Numbered from the stretch's first letter, positions 46,599 to 56,739 are shown. The stretch: 64,000 nt of DNA from Holosporaceae bacterium (GCA_022646525.1 CP060261.1:583646-647645); one strand, 5' to 3'. Numbers and translations: made by a program. Notes: generated by a model from the letters alone, not told the origin.

Positions 46599-47120
46599 AT
46601 GGTGGGGGCAGGATCGCGGATGAGTTATGGAGGACTGAAAATTGAGGGGGCGGGGATGCCCCCCCTTTTTTTGAAAACATGCACACAAAAGTTAGAAGTA
46701 ATTGCCGATGGCAGTTGGCACAGAACCGTGAATGGTACACTTTTGTGTACTCGTGTATTGGGCGCCAAAAAATACCGGACCACTTGCACGGGGGAAGGCC
46801 CAGCCCAGCCGGGGATGGATCGCTTAAATTTGGGGGATCATGTTCACATTCATTCGGTGCAACGTTTATGGCAGCAGGGGCAATTTGAGGGGGTAACTTT
46901 AGAGCGGCGGCCTGCGCCAGGATCGATTGTGGTGTTAGATGAAAAAGGGGGGGTGCTGGCATTTGACCAAGTAGAACTGATGGTGATTCCCCGGTTTCTG
47001 GGGCGCCCTTTTTATGTGGGATACTGCCCTATTCTGGAAATATGCTTGACAGAGATACGCTTTGAAAGCCAGCAGGGAGAGTTGAATCCGCAATGGTTTA
47101 TTATGGGGGAAGAGCGATAA
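46599..47120 (+). CDS. hypothetical protein at the position of a tail gene (no recognisable family)
   Basis: 173 aa ORF. An ATG at 46513 with SD AAGGAGG opens a different frame, and the 46.55-46.68 kb stretch is full of homopolymers, so the true N-terminus is unclear. Confidence 0.35.
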   Translation: MVGAGSRMSYGGLKIEGAGMPPLFLKTCTQKLEVIADGSWHRTVNGTLLCTRVLGAKKYRTTCTGEGPAQPGMDRLNLGDHVHIHSVQRLWQQGQFEGVTLERRPAPGSIVVLDEKGGVLAFDQVELMVIPRFLGRPFYVGYCPILEICLTEIRFESQQGELNPQWFIMGEER

Positions 47121-47244
47121 ATATAAAATATCTTTTCAGTATATGAGTATAGAATATCTTTTCAGTGTATTGTTTATTATGTTGATTTATAAAAAATTTC
47201 TACTATATATAGCACGTGACCTTTGCAATTGTAGGAAATATTTA

Positions 47245-48339
47245 ATGATGAACAGATTTTTGGTTTTAGTGATAGGATTACTTTATTCTTCATGCATTTA
47301 TGCGGCTGGAGAGCTAACAGAAGAAAATGCATGGTGGTGCCATTATACACATTTTTCTCCTAGAGGGACTAAATTGACTCCTGGGGCTGTTCCAGTCACA
47401 GGGTTTAATAGAGATACATCTATGGATGAGCGGGAAGAGCGCCTGAAAAAGGCGAGCGAAAATTGCCCGATATCTCGTGCAACTCTTCACGGTGTTTTGA
47501 ATGGTAATGTTGCCCCACATATTGATGGGCGAGGCGGAACAACAGATCGGTCAGAGCACCCTTATGCTGTGCTGGTTCCTTTTAAGGATCTTCAGGGATC
47601 GGTCGTAAATGCACATCCGCAAGACACGTATGTAATTGGCCATGTTTCATTGCAAAATGCAATTATTTTTGTAGCGAATAGTGCGCCCCTTTTGGATGTG
47701 GAAGTGCGGCAGGTTATTCGTATTGCGGAAGGTGGTTCTATTTTTGAAGCTGTAAAGGAGTGGTTGCGGGAAGAAAAGTTACCCATCTTAACCTTTAGTT
47801 GGGAGGATCAAAAAGTTCAGATTACAGAAGAAAACTTTGATTACCATTTTTCCAGTATTACTGAGAGGCAATTAGCCTTAACCCTGCCTGGGATGCCGAT
47901 GGAGGCATTAAAGACCCCTGGTGTGCGACGTAGAATGATTGCTGATCAATTTGAATACGGTCTTCCACCTAATCGACAACTTGTTCGCGTAAATGAGGCA
48001 CCTCTTGCAGAATTATGTGAAGTCATGCCAGATTTTAACACTAAGTATGGTTGTTGGAGTCATTATGATTCTAGTTGGGGGCGTTTTGAGAGAGCGATTC
48101 AGGATGAATTTTTACTGCAAATGGTTCGTGAATTAGTGATTATGCAAGATGAAAAAGATAAGAACAAACGAATCATAGAAACTGTTAGAGGCAGAGAAAC
48201 TGTTAGAGGTAGATTACCTTTTGATTTGTTGCAGTTGAGAATTGCTAGTATAGAAAAGCTGCGCGATGCTGTGAAAGAGGAGGTTAGAACGCTCTATCGA
48301 TCAGAAAAATTGAATAAGGAAGCTAAAGATTTTTTTTGA
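47245..48339 (+). CDS. secreted hypothetical protein (about 365 aa)
   Basis: Signal peptide MMNRFLVLVIGLLYSSCIYAAG, no recognisable domain, tandem ETVRGR-ETVRGR. Visibly AT-rich. The reading frame may continue by frameshift to about 48565. Confidence 0.55.
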   Translation: MMNRFLVLVIGLLYSSCIYAAGELTEENAWWCHYTHFSPRGTKLTPGAVPVTGFNRDTSMDEREERLKKASENCPISRATLHGVLNGNVAPHIDGRGGTTDRSEHPYAVLVPFKDLQGSVVNAHPQDTYVIGHVSLQNAIIFVANSAPLLDVEVRQVIRIAEGGSIFEAVKEWLREEKLPILTFSWEDQKVQITEENFDYHFSSITERQLALTLPGMPMEALKTPGVRRRMIADQFEYGLPPNRQLVRVNEAPLAELCEVMPDFNTKYGCWSHYDSSWGRFERAIQDEFLLQMVRELVIMQDEKDKNKRIIETVRGRETVRGRLPFDLLQLRIASIEKLRDAVKEEVRTLYRSEKLNKEAKDFF

Positions 48340-48741
48340 CACGTACATAAAAAGAAATAAATGTATGGATTCATTATCTTCTTAAAGCAGAAGTAGAATT
48401 GAGAAAAAAGGGGAAACTTTTTTTGAGTTAGATGCTCTTAATAACCGAATTCAGCGCATCAATGCAACCATTCACAAAATGCGTGAGAAAAAAGTCTGGC
48501 GCTGCGACGACGGCATCATCATCTGAAGTAGCGGCGGCAGCGGCGGTGCCAGACGATGATGTGTAAAAGATCTAGGGAGTAGTTCTTTTTGCCCCATAGA
48601 AATGGCTGTGGCATGAAGGAGTTCAAAGGTTACCCGAAAAGATTTAGTCGCTTTATTTGTGTTTAAAAAAACCAGTTGCAGAGTTTTTTACACGAAAAAC
48701 ATCATCGTTCTTTGTGCTTGTTATTCATAGAAAGTGCCTGC

Positions 48742-48770
48742 TTGACATCTGAATTAAACCCATTGATATT
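48742..48770 (+). promoter_or_regulatory. candidate sigma70-type promoter for the DMT transporter gene
   Basis: TTGACA (48742-48747), 17-nt spacer, GATATT (48765-48770), 30 nt upstream of ATG 48801. Confidence 0.3.
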
Positions 48771-48800
48771 GGGTGTTTAAAAAACAGATCGGATTTTTAC

Positions 48801-49695
48801 ATGAAATATTGGATGCTGTCGCGGGGGTATCCGCAGGGTGTTTTTGGGCTGTGCTGACAGCACTAGTAAGCATTGGGAATGACATTATTACCAAATTTGT
48901 GGGGGGCCGCCTGAATGGCCTTGAGATTTCATTTTTTCGGTTCTTTTTTTAGCATGATTACCGTGCTGCCCTTTATGTTGCCCCACGGTTTGCAATCTTT
49001 TAAAACTAAGCGTGCCGATTTGCACGTATGGCGGGCCGTGATGGGGGTGGCTGCGATTGCCCTTTATGTGTTTAGTTTGATTTACCTTCCCTTGTAGAAG
49101 TGACTGTTTTTCATTCACCCAGCCTTTATTTTTTATGCCCATTGCGATTTTGTTTTTGCGTGAAAAGGTGGCCATGAACCGGTGGATTGCCGGGCTTTTT
49201 GGCTTTGTTGGTATCTTGATTGTACTGCAACCGGGCACCATTGCCTTTAAGATGGCGTCGCTGTTGCCCATGGGGCGGCCTTTCTGTTTGCCATGTTGGA
49301 TATGTTGGCCAAAAAAATGGTGTCGAATGAAAGCACCACCACCCTTTTGTTTTTATTTTTGCCCTGGGCACCACATTGGCCGCCCTTGGCCCTGCGCTTT
49401 ATGTGTGGCAAACACCCACGTTAGATGAGTTGTTTTGGTTGTTTTGTTTAGGGGCAGGTGCCAACTTGTTCAGGTGTGTTTGTTCCGTGCGTTTGCGGCG
49501 ACTGAAGCGTCATCGCTGGTGCCTTTCCGGTATACAGAGTTGGTGTTTGCCAGCTTCTTTGGATATGTGCTGTTTGGTGAATTGCCCGCGATGATGGTGT
49601 ATCTAGGGGCGGCGGTGATTATTTCTAGCACCCTTTACCTTTCTTACAGCGAAATTCGCCGGGCCAAAAAACAAAAAGGCTATGGCACCTGCTGA
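48801..49695 (+). pseudogene. EamA/DMT-family transporter, multiply frameshifted
   Basis: Colinear pieces (GNDIITKFVGGRLNGLEISFFRFFFSMITVLPF..., 48915-49097, 49135-49428, 49435-49695) form two EamA halves. Confidence 0.75.
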
Positions 49696-49753
49696 TTTGA
49701 ATGGATGATGTTGTAGGGTTTTCTTCTAACTTTTTCCTTTGATTATTATTGTT

Positions 49754-50639
49754 TTATGCGGGCAGTCTGTCTGTGCCGTGTACGTATAGATGAAGCGGGT
49801 GCTGAGACCGGAAGCCTTTAAAGGCGTCTGGATCATTGCCTGTGACGTCAAGCACGGTAAGCCAGGGCATGCGACTGACGGCTTGTTGAAGGGCCTGGGC
49901 ATCGCGGTGACTGAAGCCATTATCACGGATTTTAAGAACCTGAAGATGGCCTAGTTTGTCTAACTTATTTAACCATCTGTAGGCAAGCGCTTGAAGATTG
50001 TTGCTATCCGCACTGAGGTGGGTGAGGTGGTGATGCTGTTCAAGGCCTTGCACCAGTGTGCCAAAAGCATCCCCGCTGAGTTTGTTATGCCCTACGTCTA
50101 AACCCACCAGGTGCGGCATTTTAAAAAGTGCTTGTACTAAAGAGCGCATGTGGGTGTGATCTAAGGAAATTATGACAGAGACACAGATGGGTGAGATGGT
50201 GAAGTGGAGGGTTTTGCCTATGTGCCGTGTTAGCACATCCAGGCGGGTGCCAAGCTGGTTCTTTGATAAATTAAGACGTGCAGGCGGCGTATCGCTCTCT
50301 CGAAATACATCCAGAAGGGGCCCCCATTGATGTGGGGTCATTGTTGCCTGTGAGATCAAGTGTTTCTACTTGACGGGTTTGCATAAAATGAATGGCCTCA
50401 TTGAGGTTTGACTTTCCTTGGAACGCCATATGAAAGCGGCGGACGGGGCTTGGTTTTTCCATTCTGGCAAGAAGGGGAGGACGCTGTAATAGGTGTAATT
50501 CCCCATGTCAAAAGAGAGGGTGTGCAGATGCCGAAACAGATTGAGCATGCGCACAAACCTTTGATGTTTTCTGGACTGTAACCATTGAAATTGCACGTGG
50601 TTTGGCGCCCTTCGAATGACATAGTGTGTATTTTTTCAT
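49754..50639 (-). pseudogene. RNI-type leucine-rich-repeat protein, N-terminal half frameshifted
   Basis: ORF 49754-50359 has LNLSKNQLG, LVGLDVGHNKLSGDA, LTHLSADSNNL, LQVLKIRDNGF and LTVLDVTGND. Upstream fragments 50271-50622 have VETLDLTGNND. Confidence 0.65.
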
Positions 50640-50769
50640 GATATCTTCCGCAAATTTTTTATTTAATTTTATCACACAATTAATACTTATATATTGTTTT
50701 TTAATTATATTTATTTAGAATTAAAGTAATAAATAAACAAAAAACAAATAAATGTATGGTGGGGAGAAA

Positions 50770-52520
50770 ATGAAAAAAAACTTTTGGTATGTGGCGCGTG
50801 TTTTTTTCTAATGGGAACCGTAGCCAAAGCAAGTTTGGAAGAGCCTGACAGAGACGCAAAACCCCTTGGGTGTGCGGCCACGCAAACAAAAAAAGCATCC
50901 CACGATTTTGCCCCCCAAGATACCGATCAAATGCGATTGATGGCCGTGTCTTCGCGTGAAGCCCTTTTTGGCCAATGGTTTAATTTAACCCTGGGGGTGA
51001 CGGCACGCGAACGTGGTTTTGAGGTGTTGGGTGAAATGGCCTTGGGCCGTGCGGTTGCATGGCACAATAGCAACAAATATGATAGCTTGCCCCCTTATAT
51101 GCCCCTGCAACATGCCTTTTTAGCCCATGATTTAAAAAGGTTGGCCCAACAGGTGATGGGCGGTGAAAAAAAAGTGGTGGCCTATGTATTGCACGAGTTG
51201 CTTGACCAAGTGCCCGGCGGACATGCCATGCAAATTATGTTGTATCCCACAACGTGGGAGCGTACGTATCGGTTGATTCCTGTAATTTTGCATCGCCCGG
51301 CTGCGCCCCATGACCCCACATTAAGTGACACGGCTTTTCTAGAAATGTATAGCGAACACGCTTTGAATGCTTTGTCGCGCTCATTAGATCACTTAGTAAC
51401 GGGCCAGCAAATGTTAGATTTGATGCATGAAATCCCCCGGCGGACTTTGCACTATGTGGGCCAATTTTTATGGTTTCAGCCTCATGCAGTGCCCCGTTTG
51501 CCCATGCGTAATACGGCTATGATGAGGTTTTTAAGTGTACTTGAGGTAACCCCCTTAACAGAATGGTTGCGTGGGCAAGGGTTTGTTTCTTTTGGTAATG
51601 ATCAAGAGGCTCTTAAAGTGTGGAAAGCCCAGTATGATGCAGGCAACCCCCATGCGGCACTATCGTGGGCAAACCTGGTTTATAAAAAAAATCTTGCTGT
51701 AGAAGAAGGGGAAGTACCTCGGGCACTGCGGTTTGCGGCATCAAAAGGGTTGCCTTTGGCCCAGCTGCAAATGGGAGATTATTTAGCAACAAAAATGGAC
51801 ACGCCTGACTATAAAAGCGCCCGTATTTATTGGGAACGGGCTATGCGTCAAGGGAATGGTTTTGCCATGATGCGCCTAGGCCGCACGTTTGAAAGCGGGC
51901 TTGGGGGCGATGTGGATTTGGTGGCGGCCCGTAAAATGTATGAAAGGGCGGGACGAAAAGGCGTGAAAGGGGGCTTTTATCATGCGGGGCTTGTTGCTGC
52001 TAGGATGAACACTGAGGCCGATGATAAACGGGCGCGCCTGTTATTTCATGGCGAGCTGTTAGCAAACCCCAAACACCGAGATGCGGCGAATCATTTAGCG
52101 GTGCTGTATGCCATGGGGCGTGGGGGCGCGAAAGATTTAGATTTTGCCATTCACTTAACCCTTCGGCATGCCAAGCACCCAACGGAACCCGAAGGCCGGT
52201 CATGCCACAATGTGGGGGCCATTTTACTGCTGAAGCATAATGCAGAATGCGACAAAGATGCGCGCCGCTTTTTTGAAGAAGGCTCGCGATTGAACGACGG
52301 CCCCTCGGCCTATCAATATGCACTGATGTGCAAAGATGGGCGTGGCGGCAAAGTTGATTTAGAGATGGCGATGGTGTATGCGCAAAAAGCACAAGAATTA
52401 GGGAATCTTCGTGCGGTGGAATTGATAACGTCGATTCAAGGTGCCTTGGCCAAAAAAGGGGCAAGAAAGAAGAAAGTCATATGGACAAGATCCCCTGAAA
52501 AACAACCTCTGCTTTATTGA
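50770..52520 (+). CDS. Sel1-repeat (SLR/TPR-like) protein. The ATG and signal peptide are one base out of frame with the main ORF
   Basis: ORF 50784-52520. The C-terminal half has about 6 Sel1 units (e.g. AQLQMGDYL, AMMRLGRTFESGLGG..DLVAARKMYERAGRKG, LAVLYAMGRGGAKDL, YQYALMCKDGRGGKVDLEMAMVYAQKA). ATG 50770 is followed by the A8 run 50773-50780. Confidence 0.8.
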
Positions 52521-52597
52521 ATGTAATTTTAAAACAAACAGCCTTTTTACTAGCAGAATGGTAGAGACATTTTTCCAAATCTATTTAAGATTAAAAA

Positions 52598-52623
52598 ATA
52601 TATGGCGCAATGCCATATATTTT
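52598..52623. terminator. bidirectional terminator-like hairpin between convergent genes
   Basis: 9-bp stem ATATATGGC/GCCATATAT, loop GCAAT, flanked by an A run and a T run. Confidence 0.5.
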
Positions 52624-52713
52624 CAGATCTCTAGAGGAGGAATCGATCAGACAATGTTTCAAATTTATAAATAGAGTGTTGCATCGGGGCGCAATGCTTT
52701 TCGGAATACCTCT

Positions 52714-53152
52714 TCATTTGTCTGGGGTTAAATTTAGACCTTCAAGATGCAGGTCTTTGATTTTTGTTTCAGGAAGTTTTTTTAGAAGTAAATCTAATTC
52801 TAGTTCTTTATTTTTGTGTTCGGGTGGTGGTTCAATGCCATCCAAATTCAATTCGGTGATTCGTGTATTAGGAAGCACTTTGGCGAGGGCTTTTATACCT
52901 TCATCAGAGATATGGCTATTAGATAGATCTAATGATGTGATGCCTTGCATATAAGGAAGTGCTTGGGCAAGGACTTCTACACTCTCAATACGGTTAATGG
53001 GCTTGAATGATTTTGTACTAATAGGAGGAGCCTCCTGATCGCGAAGCGCCGCGTGTGCAGCAGATACCATTGAGATGCCGCCTACTGTCCATAGAGCACA
53101 TACGATGAGGCTAAAAACAGTCTAAATTTGGGGTGATTAGTGCCTATTGTCA
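52714..53152 (-). pseudogene. small secreted RNI-type LRR protein (signal peptide displaced by a T5-run frameshift)
   Basis: ORF 52714-53070 has ITSLDLSNSHISDEGIKALAKVL and ITELNLDG. ATG 53150-53152 and FSLIVCALWTVGGISMVSAAHA are in shifted frames. Confidence 0.6.
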
Positions 53153-53518
53153 TTCCTTTTATTTGTTGAAATATAATCTTAATTTATTTTGATGTTATCA
53201 GATTTTACGTGCCAAGTTGTTTCGATATACTATCTATATGATATAAATGAATTTATAATACGAAACAAGGAAAAAGATTAAAAATATCATAAAAAAAAAA
53301 CGGAATAAAAACAACAAGGAAACGTCAAACCGTATGCAGTGAAGAGGTGCTTCTTTTGCATTTCGATATCCAAAAAAAAATGTGCCATTTGCTGCGCTTG
53401 AGACCATTGATGGGATAATTTAGGTTTTTGATAGGACTATATATCTTCCCATCACTTTATAGGTTCGATATTCTGGAATAAAGCTTTTTATTTAATACAC
53501 TGCAACACAGAGATGTAT

Positions 53519-54997
53519 ATGAAATACGTTGTTATTTTTTTTTATGATTCATTTATTTATTGTGCTGCACCCATTTGAGGCGGAAGCCGTTTTTGGTGCA
53601 ACTTGGCAATACAGTAAAGAACGTGACTTCACACACAAGTTGTAAAAAAGTAAGTATTGAAAATAAAGAGACAGTTGCGTGCCAATGTTGCTTGGTGAAG
53701 AAATCATTTAAATTGGGCGGCCGCTTTGTTTATGACCCTAAAAATCTTCAGTGGTGTAAGAAAACAAAGAAGTGTACAGCGGGGCGATAGAGGCGCTGAA
53801 ATCAGAGTTAACGGATAGATCGGATGCGTCTTTGGTGCACCATATTGCCCAAAAGGCACGCCTTGTGCAGCCTGTTGACCTTTCAGACCCTGCCTTATTT
53901 TTTAAAAAATAAAAAGGGCCTGACCACTGCGGGGGGTGGCAGAAATGTTGCGACAACTTTCGACAGAAGGGGTGTTGCGCCATGGGGCCGCCTTTATTGA
54001 TAAGTGTATGCATGTTCAGTCGTTTTCCGACCAAAACCCGGGTTGGTTTTCAACCCAGCTGTTTGGGGTTTTTGTGAAGGCTGCGTGTGGTGCGGGCCCT
54101 AAAGATCATTTGGCCTATATCATCAAGGAAGTGGCCAAAAAAGATGTGGAATTGAAAAATTTAGCGGTGCTTTCGGGCAGTGATTTAAAACGGTATGACC
54201 TAACCAATCCTTATCGATCAAAACTTTTCCAGGCATTGCTTTTAATGAAGTTTTTACATATTACAAAGATCGATTCGGTAAAAAGTATTGGTTTGTTGTT
54301 TTAACAGCAGCACTGGGGGTTCGTTATTTGATTTTATCAATGCATTTGCCGAAAGATATACCCAAAAAACCTATACAACCGATGATTTAGACCGCATACA
54401 AAAAGTATACAAAACCATTGGATATTCTTTAGGGGCTGTTGCATGCAAAGTATATGACGGTTGACGCCAAAGGCCGGTTGACGGGCAAATCAAGAGCGGT
54501 GCACGGCGATCTTCACTTACATAACATTTTTATAAGTGATGTGGATCAGACACCGCAGGCGACATTAATTGATATCGAAACAATGGCGAAATCATGGGAA
54601 AAGCCGCAAGATGTGGCCCAAGATTTAAGAAAGTTTTATTTGTTTACGGCACAAAGCTTTCCTTTTAAGAAGCTTTCTAAAAGTTTACGCCTTCTGAAGG
54701 AATTAATAAAAAATGTGGCACGAAATAACTATGCGGCCTTTCTTAACGGGGTATGTGCGGGCGTATGTGATGCAGAAAGGGCGCGTTGATATGGATCGTC
54801 TGGAAGATGTGATGGGTATTTTAGATCGCTCTTATGGCCGGACTTTTGGCAGCCGAAAGGGGCTTGGGTTTGTGTTCTTGATGGGCCTTCGTAACTTTTG
54901 GTCGGCTAAGAAAAATTACTTAAAGCCGATTCTTGCAAACATTAAGTTAAACTATTTAGCCCATAGGGGGGTGTGTAGCACCTGCTGCGGCACATAA
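53519..54997 (+). pseudogene. secreted protein-kinase-like / aminoglycoside-phosphotransferase-fold protein, heavily frameshifted
   Basis: ATG 53519 gives MKYVVIFF... then a T9 run. ORF 53936-54304 has VFVKAA...IIKE. ORF 54439-54789 has the catalytic loop HGDLHLHNIFI (54502-54525) followed by LIDIE. ORF 54713-54997 is the C-terminal part. Confidence 0.5.
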
Positions 54998-55019
54998 AAT
55001 AAATTGCATCGTATGGGTC

Positions 55020-55043
55020 ACCACCCTTCGGGGTGGTTTTTTT
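55020..55043 (+). terminator. rho-independent terminator
   Basis: Stem ACCACCC/GGGTGGT, loop TTCG, then a T7 run. Confidence 0.7.
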
Positions 55044-55061
55044 ATGTAAAGAGAGGACAGT

Positions 55062-56708
55062 ATGTTTCAGTTGAAATGGCAAACAAAGAAGGCAGTAGAA
55101 GACACAGCGCATGGGGCAGAGATGGTGCCGTTACTGCATGTCGAAGTGTTGGAAAAAGAGGGGCATGCCCTTTACTGCGCTTAAGTGTGCCCAAAATAAA
55201 TATGTGCCCCAAAAGCAGGCACAGAGGGCCAGTTGTATTGGACGCATAAGGGCACGGTGCATTTGATATTTGCCGGCACATTGCGCGCCCCCACTGGCGC
55301 GGTTTCAGGTGACTTTGTGTTGCTGGTATTCGATGGGGGCACTGCCGCGCGCCGTACCGCATTAGACACATTATTAAGTGCTGAGAGAGACCCGGCCTTC
55401 ATGGCAGTTCTGTACCCAGAACGGGTGCGCGACGACGCCGACCGCATGTTGGAATGGGGCGACAAATTGCCCCACATCGACCGATGCACTGGGTCGGTGA
55501 CATTACCATCGGTGCGTAGGGTGGGGGCCCGTCACCACGTGGGGGGTGACTTTTTTCGAGATAGTTTAACGTGTATCCACCACGATGCACGCTGGGGTGG
55601 CGTACACTGTGTGGCGGAAGCCCAGTGGGTGCAGCGCTTTGATGGCGTGACGGCCTTGGGCCCGATGATTCAGGGGGGCACCCTTGAAACCCTGACGCCG
55701 GAGGCTTTAAAACGCCGGTGGTGGGGCAAGGAAACGCCTTTGCGGCGCACAGGGTATGAGGTGCTGAAAAGTGATCTTTCTGTGCGTGAGACCCTGCCAG
55801 AAGGGGGTGTAACTAAAGTGGATGGGCGAGATGTGCCCGTGCCCATGGCGCGGATGACGCCAACGCTGACAGTGGGCTGGCATTACCGCCAAAAGCGGGT
55901 TGAGGTTGCCGAGATTATAATGAACGGCACCACATCTGCGGCCCCTGTGTGCCCAGTGCCCGTGCGCTTGCAAGATATATCAAGCCGTATGTCGATGGGT
56001 GTGTGGCACGCCCAGCATCCTTACAAAGAAGGGGTTCGGGTGCAGCATGGGGAGCGCGTGTATCGGGCCCACACAAGCCATGTGTCGGGTACTGCGTTTG
56101 CCCCCCAGTATTGGCAAGCTGAAAAAGCATGGCCCACCGCCCTTGAGAAACCCCACAGTTGGACTTTTTTTGACACACCTTTTGGGACACGTGTGGTGGA
56201 TGCCTTGGTGGGGTGGAGTGAACGGGTGATGCACATCAGCGCGGCCCATACATCTGTGACGGTATCACTGCCCTTTGAGGCGGCGGCAAAAATGCACATG
56301 GGGGACCGTGTGGTGCTGGACGACCCCCGGTTGGAAGACGGCACGTTTGAAGGGACTGTTGAAGAAATAGGGCTGTATGCTGAAGGGGATGTGGGGGAGT
56401 TGTGGGGCACCTTAACCCTAAGAACGCCCCTTTCAAAGGTACGATTGTGCCGACAGAAAATGCAATTGAAAGGCCCTGTTGGCGGCGTACAGCACCCCGA
56501 ACGTCTGACAGCCAAAGATGTGTTGGTAAACTGTGTGGTGCATAACGATGGGGCCGCCCAAAAAGAGGCACTGGCCAAGAAGAAATTTGCCCATCGGGGT
56601 GCGGTGCGGGCGTGGTTAGACCAGCATGCAACACGGGTGATGCTGCGCCTCAGAAATCTGGCCCCCGATGCCCAGCTGATCCATGGGTGGCAGGTGGATG
56701 TGGGATAA
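55062..56708 (+). pseudogene. GC-rich phage tail-fibre/host-specificity-like protein with a CBM5/12-like motif, N-terminus frameshifted
   Basis: SD GAGAGGA and ATG 55062 give MFQLKWQTKK..., with about 2 shifts before ORF 55233-56708. Positions 56001-56116 encode VWHAQHPYKEGVRVQHGERVYRAHTSHVSGTAFAPQYWQ (W..Y..G..V...G..Y.A......P..W). Confidence 0.5.
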
Positions 56709-56739
56709 TGAAAAGCGTGTTTGGGAGAGAGGTGTGGGG

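Larger units (their letters stand above)
39582..47120 (+). mobile_element. RcGTA-like / HK97-type phage head-module remnant (interrupted by non-phage genes at 42.5-45.0 kb)
   Basis: Gene order is portal, prohead protease, major capsid, [insert], gp6-like connector, head closure, DUF3168. No terminase, tape measure, integrase or lysis genes are present. Confidence 0.7.

Noticed and set aside
39582-47120. Complete, inducible prophage
   Set aside because: No integrase, terminase, tape measure, baseplate, lysis or regulatory genes and no attachment-site repeats were seen. Only the head and neck module is present, and it is interrupted.
56021-56634. Several 130-185-codon minus-strand ORFs inside the GC-rich gene 55062-56708
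   Set aside because: They are shadow frames of a GC-rich coding region. The plus-strand frame is the only one spanning the whole interval, and it carries the CBM-like motif.
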